A DNA stretch of 64,000 nt, from the NCBI RefSeq assembly GCF_009914755.1, contig NC_060925.1; one strand, 5' to 3'. Under the pieces are notes generated by a model. It was not told the DNA's origin. It saw only the letters and a list, made by a program, of their open reading frames with translations, and ran no database searches. Of this stretch, positions 39,664 through 52,010 are shown one piece after another. A program made the position numbers and the translations under genes. The stretch is from the human T2T-CHM13v2.0 reference genome, Homo sapiens. The first letter of the stretch is position 1; every line of letters begins with the position of its first letter.

Positions 39664-40644
39664 CAGTAGTGAAAAGAGCTTGTACTCTGACCTTAGGGAG
39701 ATCTAAGTTTGAGCTTGTGGCTGTGTAATTTTTTACTATTACTTCCTGTAACCTTGGATTGTTGAATCTCAATTTTCTATTTCCTGAAATGGAGACAAAA
39801 ATAAATACAGTCATGTGTGTAAAGTACATTAAAGTATGGAGTGTTGCAAATATTAGCCACTCAATGAATGTTAGAGCTAATTATATCCCGTTATGAAAAA
39901 ATAAATTGCTTAGTGAATTCTATTCTCCCTACACATGTGCATATAGCTACTACACGAATAGGCAACTGGCAGCTATCAATTTCGTCCAACTGTCAATCAG
40001 ATCTGAGAATTACAGATCCAGTTCAATCATCAGACAGCCCGAAACTGTTACCTGAATATTTAAATAACTGCATCTGCTATAGAATTCACGAAGCAACCCT
40101 TTTTCAGCAATCTCACCACTCTGACAGTTTCAAAGCCTCAGAGGTTAATTGATTAGCCTCTTAGAAGTTTAATTAATTGTGCAACACATACACGATCACC
40201 AGGCAATGAAATCTTTGAACCAAAGTGTTTGTGTAGACCGTCCCCATTACAATCAGATGTGAGGTGGGCTGGTATAAACAAAGGAGCCGGGAAGGAGAGG
40301 AAATATCAAGGAAGCCCTGAGTGACGCATCAGAGTAGAGAAGAGACGAGCCTGCGGAAGTACTCCAACAGACAATCCTGCTTTCAATTTCACTTTCTCTG
40401 TGCGACCTGAGTAAGTCGCAAAGAGATGCCTGAGAAACTGAGGACATGGATAAATGACGTGTGGACTCTGACAGAACTCTGGAAGGGCACTGGAGGAAGA
40501 TCCTTCCGGGCAGCCAAGGGCTGGGAGCTCCCCTCCCACTTCCCAAGTCCTCCAGCCCCTGGCCTCTCCAGTCTCCAAAGCCCAAGAATTCTTCAGGATC
40601 GACTTATCGAGGTTTTCTAGCTTTCCTCCTTCTGCCTGCCTTAC

Positions 40645-40734
40645 CTGCTCAACTCAGACGTCTCAATTATTCCTTTGGCAGCCGCAAAGCCTGGAAGACT
40701 GCTTGCAGCCCGAGCAGTTTCCTCCTGCTGCGTC
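40645..40734 (-). other. RNASEL: RNASEL non-coding exon 1 (5' end approximate)
   Basis: Strong donor GAGCAG|gtaagg at 40644; local CpG/GC rise and promoter motifs just upstream. Confidence 0.8.
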
Positions 40735-40800
40735 ACTGAGCCAGCAGGGCGGAGCCAAGAAAGGAGTGAGGAGTGTGGGAGGGAAAGCAGCCACAGGCTC
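40725..40800 (-). promoter_or_regulatory. RNASEL: TATA-less RNASEL core promoter: GC box (gggcgg 40747-40752) and CRE half-site (TGACG 40735-40731)
   Basis: Motifs visible directly at and upstream of exon 1. Confidence 0.6.
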
Positions 40801-41918
40801 ACTCTGGCACCAGGAGCAAAGCTTCTACTTGCACACCTTCTGGAGGAAAGCAATAGCCACTTTCTGTCTGCTGATGAGGAATGTGATGCCCGGGGTCATG
40901 TCACTCACCTCTCAGTCTTGCAGCCTTTCAGGTGGCAGCAGCCAACTGCATCCATCACTCTTGCATCCTTTCTTTGTCATTGCAAATTCTGGTCTTCTTG
41001 GAAGAAAGGAATGGAAAGTAAACACATATTGAGCACCTATTGTGTTCCAGACACAATGCTTTACATGCAGCATGGTCCCAGTTAACCCCTGACAATCTTG
41101 TTGATTATGAAACGCAGGCTCATAGAAGCTAAGTAAGCCCAAAGCCCAAGCCCTGTCACCTTTCTCAGCTCACTCAACTCACAGCTCTGAGGCAGTGCGG
41201 CCTTCTCAGAAGGGTACCGGACTGGCAGTCTGGAGACCTGATCCTACAGCCAGCTCTGTGGCTGCTTAGCTGAGTGACCTCAGGCATGTGATTTAACCAT
41301 GTAGGGCCTCAGTTCTCTCCTATAACTTGGTTTTGAAGGTTCCTTTCTGCTCTACAAGTTCTGTTCTTGACTATCTTCCTAGCAATGAGCTGTGTACTGT
41401 GTACTTAGTGCTGTAGTGGAAAGTATTTCCATCCCCAAAGAATACCCAGTCTTGCTGGGGAGACAAAGCCCTGGGACTTGTGAACAACAAGTAGTGCATG
41501 GTCACTTGACGACCACCTGTGTCACACCATCCAGACCCGGGGCCTCTACCACCCCTTATACACCAGGGATTCCCAGGCCTCGCTCTCTAACCCCAGCCTC
41601 TCTGCTGAGCTTTAGACCTACAAATCTTGAATATGTGTCAAATGGAAATACTCATCTTTTCCTAAATCTGCCCCTCCTCCCACTTATTCCATCTCCACAG
41701 ATGGCACCATCACCCGGAGGCCACCCCTCATCCTCATCCCAACACCAAGTCTCTTGCTTTCATCTACAAAGGGATGACCATTCGAGTCCTTGTCATCATT
41801 TATAGCAAGAAATTGATGACTTGCTTCCTAGCCCTTCATCCATTGTTCCACCTTGCATCATTGACCCACCATCATTTTCAGGACAAAGTTCAAAAATCCT
41901 TAACCCATTATTCATTTA

Positions 41919-42230
<312 letters not shown>

Positions 42231-42716
42231 TTATTGAGCACTGACTATGTTACCAGTGACTATTCTGCATATCTGGCATAGAATGATTTACCACACCAGT
42301 TCCTCACAGAGTTCTTCTAGGAGCTTGCATCTTAATAGGCAGAAATAGATCATAAACAGTTGAAAAACCCAACATATCATGATTTCAGGTTATAATACAG
42401 TCCCTGCCTGTCCCTACTCCTCATGGGCATCATCAGTGCTAGCCTCCAGTTCCTTGTCACATTATGTCATATGCTTCTACCTCTATATCTTGACCTATGC
42501 TGCCTTGCTACCAGAACTAATGATATTAGTAAGAGTGATGAAAATGTGGATGATTCTGTTAATAATGACAAACATTTACATAGCTCTTTAATATGGTCCA
42601 GGAACTGTTCTGAACACTTTATATATGTATTAAATTATTTAATCTTATCCTTATGATGTATATACTATTTTTGTCTCCGTTTTGCAGATAAGAAAACTGA
42701 AGCATAAAGTGGTTAA

Positions 42717-43399
<683 letters not shown>

Positions 43400-44068
43400 T
43401 AAATCATGTAGTGTATTGTAGGCAACAAATCTACAGAAAATATTAAGATAGAATAAGGAGGGTTAAAAGTGCCAGGATGGGGATGGGGATATTAAACAAA
43501 GTAGTCGGGAAGGGTCTTGTTCAGAAGGTGACGTTTGAGCAAAGACTTGCGGAAGATGCAGCAACAGGCTATGCAGATGTCTGCACCAAGAACACAGCAG
43601 ACAGAGGAAACAGCAAGCACACAGGTCCTGAGGTGGGAGCATGCCTGGTGGGAACAAGCAGCAGCAAGGAGGCCAGTGAGGCTGGAGCAGAGTGAGGGAG
43701 GGGAGTTGATAAGCAGAGGTTCAGGTCAGGCGCGACCTTAGGGCCCGTTGTAAGGCTTTTGGCTTCCACACTAAACAACATGGTAGCCATTGGAGTATTG
43801 GAGCAGAGGAGTAACATGATCTCCATGGCTTTTTTTTTAGAGGATCTTAATCAGTCCTGTGCTGAGAAGAATCTGGGGATTGAAAGCAAAGGGAGAAGTT
43901 GGAAAATCCGTTAGAAGGCTATTGCAATAATCCAGCTGAGAGTCAACGGTGGCCCAGACCAGGGTGGTAGCATAGTGGTAACAGTGGATGTTAGTTTGTC
44001 CTGAACAGATGATTTGGTAAAAACTCTTGGAGAATGCTGACCTTTCTGGTCATAATGACATATGTTAA

Positions 44069-44777
<709 letters not shown>

Positions 44778-45638
44778 CCAGGATATCTTCTAAAAGGGAA
44801 TCAGGATACTTATTTTAGGGTTTGAGCTTTTTGTCAGGTGATTTGGGGAAGGGTTTAAGGAAATAGAGGTTTGTTCTCAATTGGGTGGTGTCAGGAAGCA
44901 GAAGCACTTTGGTGCCTTCATTATGATCATCTAGGAATCAGGAGGAACAAAGTGTAGCTAGCACTGTCACTGCTCAAGGAACAGGTGGCTCATGTTACCC
45001 AGGAGAGGGGGTGTTGGTTACTTTTATGGTGGTATGGCATCTTTTCTTCACCTCGTGTTCAGTCCTCATTAAGAAGTGGCCTTATTTCTGTCTTGTTCCA
45101 CTGTAGTCATAGGACAACATCATCAATTATTGTTGGCATTCTGCAGAATTGTTTTGTTCCATGGGAGCCAGGAGTATCAAGGAGGGGGGTGCCCCAAGAG
45201 ACAGGTGGAGTCTGACAACAGTCCTGGCAGAAGGAGAGATCAGTCTGTCCACAAAGAGACCCCAGTCGCTGCTGGTTCAGAGGCCCAGACTCTGAAGACA
45301 GAATCACCAAGAGCAGAAGAGACCCCTCCCAGCAGTGGATGCGAATTCCAGGCTGGGAACATGGAGAGAGAAACCAAGGCCAAGGTGAAATGTAAGGATA
45401 CCTTCCTCCTTCCCTCTGGCTCCCTCCTTCCCACACTCAAGATGTTAGAATTAAGCAATGTTCTTAACCTTTCCTTCCTTTGACAAGAAAGATCGCTGGG
45501 ACTGCAGAGATTTTCTCTAAGCTTAGGAATAAATTGCATTTTACTTGCCAAAAGCCCTTCTTGGATCTTGGTGAGAAGACAATGGGGTCGAATTGATCAC
45601 TGCACTCCAGCCTGGGTGACAGAATGAGACCCTGTCTC

Positions 45639-45789
45639 AAAAAGAAAAAGAAGAAAGAAAGAGAGAAAAGAAAAGAAAGAAAAGAAAAGAAGAAAGAAAG
45701 AAAGAAAGAAAAGAAAAGAAGAAAGAAAAAAAGAAAGAAAGAAGAAAGAAAGAAAGGAAGGAAGGAAGAAAGAAAGAAAGAAAGAACGA

Positions 45790-45841
<52 letters not shown>

Positions 45842-45863
45842 AAAAAGAAAGAAAGAAAGAAAG
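45639..45863 (+). repeat. (GAAA)n-type polypurine microsatellite grown from an Alu tail (Alu 3' remnant 45597-45638)
   Basis: Directly visible; preceded by cactgcactccagcctgggtgacagaatgagaccctgtctc. Confidence 0.95.
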
Positions 45864-46758
45864 ATTACACTGATGTGCTCACATCAGTAATATGAGAATG
45901 GTTTGGAATGGTTTGATGTTATGTAGCAATGGCTAACTGACATAGCTACTTGCTAGCTCTTTGAATTTGGGCAATTTACTTAAACTTTCTAGGCCTTGAT
46001 TTCTGTGTCTATATAATGAGGATGATAATAATAGTAGCTAACTCATAGGAGTATCATGAGGATTACAGAAATTAACATACGCGAAGGACTTAGAACATTG
46101 CCTGCCACATACAAGCAGCTACCATTTTTGAACACTTACTTTTAAGTGCTATGATAAATATTTTTCCTAAATGTTCTCATTGTCATCACAAAAGTCCTAT
46201 GAAGATAATATTATTGTTATTCACATTTTACAGGAAAAAGTGAGGCTCTGAGAAATTGAGTAATGTGCTGCAGTTTACTCAGCTGATAAATAGCAGATGT
46301 GGAACTTAATTCAGTTGCCTAACTTCCGAGCCTGCTGACTCCATGATTAGGTTATACCACGCTGCCTGTGAGGCTGCGCCTTGGAACTGTGAGATTAACT
46401 GAGCTAAGGCAATTCTCCTCCCCGGCACGGAACTGTCCCTTAAGTGGCATCCCATTACAATCATAAGATTAATCCACACATTGTTGCTTTTCTCAAAGAT
46501 TAAATTAAATCATTCTCCAGGTTACAGATCAAAGCTTGAAAATCACCAACACTGTGAATCAAGAAACATCTTTTCTAAATGATGGGGACTCCAACTCCAT
46601 TATCCAGCGCCTAACCGCCGTATATCTCTTACCCTCAGGAGCACACCTCAGTTATGTAAGTTTCAAATCTTTCTTTTCTTCCTTAAAGCAATTTGAATAA
46701 CTGGACCAATTTAAAAGATTCGTGACAGTAAATTACTTTGCAGTCAGCAAGGCAATAG

Positions 46759-47123
<365 letters not shown>

Positions 47124-49224
47124 TAAACTAAAGAATCTCGGTTTAACTCCTATACCTGCTGTGCTGTCTCAGTAGTGATATTAATAATTCTCATTTCTGT
47201 TAAAATTTCACATGTTTATTAAAATGCATTAATAAATAAAACTACAGTGAAACAAATGAAAGCCATTGGATGTATAATTCCAAAGGAAGAAGCCAAACTT
47301 TAAAAGCTTGCATTGCCTGGCATGGCCACAGTGAGGCAGTAGAGGGTGAGAGACAAGCAGCCTCGCACAGTCACAGGGCACATATTTGAAAACAGCGTTG
47401 GCTGACCTGGTTTCCAGGAATCCCATGGTCCCTCTAATACCCTGGCTTACTTAATGCCTCCAGCCTTCCATTTCTTTTTCTGAAATTCTGGAATGCTGTA
47501 AACATCAGACAAAATATGGTACTGAAGCAGCTAAAAAAAAAAGTAGATTTAGAATCCTGAGTTGAAATTCTGATCCTGCCATTTTATTCAAGAAGTCAAA
47601 AGACTTTTTGACTTGACTAATGCCTACTGTATACAAGTCACTGTGCTAAGTACTGGGAATCAGATAATAATAATAGCCAATAGTCATGAGGCATTAACAT
47701 TGTGCCGCACACTTTTATTTCATTCAGTGTTCCCTGTGACGCTTACTCTTATTATCCTCATTTTACAGCTGAGGCTTAAGCAACTTTCCAAGGTGAATGG
47801 CCAGGATTCCAACCCAACATTCCGGCTCCACAGCTGGGACTGGAGAACTGCTTTGCTGTAGTCTGTTCTGCCCCATCTCACCAAGGTGAATAATATGACC
47901 CTGACTTTGAAGAGCTCAGTTTAATAGGAGAGCAAAAGCCATGAAGAAAGAAGTTATGGAGGAATACCATATGTGCTACAATCAAAGTAAGAACACTGTG
48001 TCTTAGAATCATGCAAGTTGGGAGCAATTAACTCTGTACAGGGACATCTGGGAAGGCTTCACTGAGGAGGTGATGTTTTTGCTGGATTTTGAAAGTTGGC
48101 ATTCTCCTCCTCGCACCTCAACCCCCAATTTTTTCTAAAAAAGAGGAGAAAGAGGTGTTCTAGGCAGAGAGAACAGCATGTGTAGCCACAAAAAAAAAAA
48201 AAGAGAGAGAGAGAGAAGGGAAAAGTCTGAGAATGAAGGCTGTCCAGGCAGGAGATACGTCTGGAGAGGGACTTGGGTCAGGTCAGAGACCCCCTTGTGT
48301 GTCAGGATTAACGCTGGACTTTATTTTAGAGTCAAAAGTGAACCGCTGAGGGGTTCTAACGTAGCCACAAAGTGCTCAGATCTGTGCTTTAGAGCTGAAG
48401 ACTGGCACAGTGTGGAAAATGAACCAGCACAGGGAGAGGCTGGGGTAGGGAGACCCGCCGGGAAATTGTGGTATCTGATTGGAGAGGATGAGAGAGTCCT
48501 CTAAGGAAGCCTTGGTGAGCCTGTGCAGAAGCTGGACCCAACGCATTTGGGTCTGAGGGATTTCGATGCACTCAATACATGCATGTTAAAGGCATAAAGA
48601 TGGAAGGAGAGCAGTAGGAAAGGGCGAGTGTTAGTACCTCCCTGTCTTTCTGGGTCCTCCGCTCTTCCTTCCCTTATCAGTCACATTCCTCCACCCATCT
48701 TTCACAGACTGGACTCCCCATGGCATAACTGAGTTCAGATCCCCATTCTGCCACTCACTGGCTGGCTGCCCCAAGCATGTCCCTCCCTCTCAGAGCTTGT
48801 TTCCTTCTCTGGATGATAAAGTGTTCAGACCCACTCCACAGAGCTGTTGTAAGGACTAACAGAGCTCAGGGCCTGCCACAGTGTTGGTCCCTGTCTTCCT
48901 TCCCAGGCCCTTAATTTCAGGATCCTCCCTGGTGTCACCCACAGAATCCCTCCTTAGATCTGTGCTTAAGATGTGATTCTATGGGGATTTCTACCCCATG
49001 TTCCTGAAGTCTGATCACTTTACTCAGACTATCAATAGGGAAGAAATAAAGGTTCATTTAAGGTCCAGATCTGTGTATAAACAGATCATTCAACAGAGAA
49101 GAAAACATTTTTTTAAGTAGTCGTAATCAGAAAAAAATGAGAGGGATTCAGTAGGATGAAAAAGGAGAACAAGCAGGCAATTAGCAGAGGAAGAACAGAT
49201 TTTGATCCTTGCAAACCTACCCCC

Positions 49225-49496
49225 AGGGTCTCACTGTGTCCCCCAGGCTGGAGTGCGGTAGAGTGATCTCAGCTCATGGCAGCCTTGACCTCCCCAGCAT
49301 AAGCCATCCTCCCACCTCAGTCTCCCAAGTAGCTGGGACTACAGGCATGTGCCACCACACTCTGCTAATGTTTGACTTTTTGTAGAAACTGGGTTTTGCC
49401 ATGTTGCCCAGCCTGGTCTTGAGCTCCTGGGCTTAAGTGATCCACCCTCCTCAGCCTCCCTCCCTCAGTGCTCACAGGCATGAGCCACCGCGCCTG
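49225..49496 (-). mobile_element. AluJ (degenerate)
   Basis: Antisense Alu with old-subfamily features. Confidence 0.8.
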
Positions 49497-50138
49497 TCTC
49501 CGTACCCCCAAATTCTTTCAAGCACAGTTCAACCCTTATTCCCTTGGCCCATGGAATGGAGCAGCCTCATGTACAGAGTGGCTTCATATACCTCATCTCA
49601 GATACTTCTATGAAATTATAAAAAGAATAATAATTTCTTGAATATAAATTACAAAAGATTTGTAATTGAATTTAATTACAAATTACTTTTAAAAGTAAAA
49701 ATCCTACAAAAGTCACCACCTAACTGATGATGTCTTGCTACTTGACCAAGGGGTACTGACCCCTGCACTGTTACAGGCAGAATTGGAAATGGCTCATGCC
49801 GAGTCCCAGCCAGGTGGGCAAAAGATACGGGCTCTGAAATGACAGTGGGCTGAGCCCAGTCCAATCCACACAACAGCCCAACACAAGTGGGGCTGTCACG
49901 AGCTTAAAAAGTCACTGATCATAGCAGCCTCGTTAGAACCTATCCCTTCTCTTGACTCTGGCAGGTACCAGGTGAATATCAAGCTCTCCCTGTACTTCTG
50001 CCTGTGCCATGGAAGCTTACTCGCCTGTCCTGTGGAATTCCCAAAAGCCAGCTCCTCCCCAGAGCTCTCCACAACACTTCCCCTTTTCCCCTGACCCACA
50101 CAGCACTTGAAGACAGGATGTCATATTTGACTTTTGCT

Positions 50139-50144
50139 TTTATT
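50139..50144 (-). terminator. RGS16: RGS16 polyadenylation signal AATAAA
   Basis: tttatt on + at the end of an AU-rich 3'UTR of about 1.67 kb. Confidence 0.75.
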
Positions 50145-51788
50145 TTATAAGAATATAACATGCTGAAACAGGAAAATGGGGATTGCAAACATCATTCATA
50201 TCTAGGAAACCAGCTCCATTTGTCACAATAAATAAATATTTAAACAGTGAGGAGTTCCTGACAGGCTCCAAGAGGTTCCCAGCACATTCAGAGGTAGAGT
50301 CTGGTAGAGAAAGGGAGACAGTCAGGCTGAAACCCCTGCTGAGATTCTCCAGTAGAGGCAAACTGAAATTACAATAATAAATAACAACAGCACCAACAAT
50401 AACAAAAACAATGTTATGACAATCACAGAAAACCAATGATACAATACACTTAAATAATCTCCTGGAGGAGCTCATGGTACAGAGAGAACAGTGTTGATTA
50501 TCCTGGGCCACAAAGGGGCTGCCCTGGGTAGTTCACTTCCCCAGCCTGGGCTCTGCCGCAGGAGTTCCCATCAGGAAATGTTTGTTCAGTGATGCCCTGA
50601 GGTGACAGGCAGGTTCTGATTATCCCCAGTCCTGCCCTTCGAAGCAGCCTCTCCCCCCAGCTTCTGCACTCTAAGGGTGCCATGGTCCTGGGCCACCTCT
50701 GCCCACTCCAGTGTTCATCTCACGTCTGCAGGAAAGAAACACAAGGCTCCCCTTCTATCTCGGGGCATCTCTTTTTGCCTGTTCTCATACCACAAAAAAC
50801 ACTGGCTGGATTTCAGCAGGACTCTCAGGGACCGCCAAGAGACTTATTTCCTAGGATCCTTTTCTGCCTTGTTCCACACTGCGGGGCATGAGAGCTGGAA
50901 AAGCCACTCCCCGAGGCCTCCACACTTTGTTCTCCTGGGCCCTGCCTCCAAGAGACAGCACAGAACTCAGAGAGGGCACATCCAGGAAGAGGCCCCAGGG
51001 CGGGCCTGCTCACAGGTGGACCCTGCTGCAACGCAGGGTCAGGGGCCACCTGCAGGGGGCCACCCAGAGCACTGAGCTGGATTCAAGTGAGGCTCCTTTC
51101 AGGGCTCTCCACTGACTTGGAAAGGGCTCACAGGCCAGTGTTTGAGGTATAAATATCTCGCATGGGGCAAGAGTCACATCAGCTTGCTGGCCTTGACATG
51201 ACTGCAAGGCTGGACAGACACACAGGAGTGTTACGAGGTACAAGCTAAGGGACTCTGGGCTAGCCCAGAGGCCAGTGAGGAGGGCCAAAGGGGAAGACTC
51301 CACATCCAGGGTCCCTTCCGTGCCCAGAACAGTCTGGGAATTAGGAAAACAGGATGCAATCAGAGTCAACTGAGCAACAGGCAAAACAGCTGATCTGGAT
51401 GTCTTTCCTCCTCTCATTTTCATGGTTCCCTTTATCCACATGTTTCCTAAACCACACTAGAACACTTCCTTCTCCGGTGAGAACGAGAGCCAGTGCTAAC
51501 CCCCATACCACCTTTTTGCCCCACAGAGAGCCCCACCAACCCTCATCATTAGCCCTTATTCACAGGTCCTGGAAGTGGGCGGCTCCTCTCCAGCATGAGT
51601 CCCACAGTATCTGAAGGAGAGACTGCTGCTTCCCAAACAGGCTGCTGGAGCGCATTTTTTTTTTTTTTTTTTTTTTTTTGTCCTCTTGCACTTGCTTTGC
51701 AGAACCTGCCTCCCACACAGGGGCAGCCACCTCGGGGATGGGTGACTCAACCTCTCTTCCCGGCTGGCTTCCTCACTGCCGTGGAGAC

Positions 51789-52010
51789 TCAGGTGTGTGA
51801 GGGCTCGTCCAGGCTGCAGCTGGACAGAGTGGCAGAGGCGGCTGAGGCTTGGGCAGCCAGGTCCCGGTAAGCAGGCGACTTCAGGAAGCGTGGGTAGGAG
51901 TCCTTCTCCATCAGGGTACGTGTCTTCCCCTGAGCCGCATCAAAGCATGTGGCTGTGGCAGTCTGCAGGTTCATCCTCGTCAGCTCGCGGGTCTCATGGT
52001 CAATGTTGAC
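51789..52010 (-). CDS. RGS16: RGS16 exon 5 coding part
   Basis: cccgcag|GTCAAC, TGA at 51791-51789. Confidence 0.97.
   Translation of the reverse strand, partial: VNIDHETRELTRMNLQTATATCFDAAQGKTRTLMEKDSYPRFLKSPAYRDLAAQASAASATLSSCSLDEPSHT

Noticed and set aside
45624-45890. Lys/Arg/Glu-rich 88-aa ORF
   Set aside because: Translation of the GAAA microsatellite.
46651-46660. D-box-like GTTATGTAAG as a circadian element for RGS16
   Set aside because: A single 8-mer core far from the promoter; the same core also occurs near 3175 and 8146, consistent with chance.
50677-51441. 132-aa and 143-aa ORFs within the RGS16 3'UTR
   Set aside because: No recognisable domain or splice support; expected by chance in GC-rich UTR.
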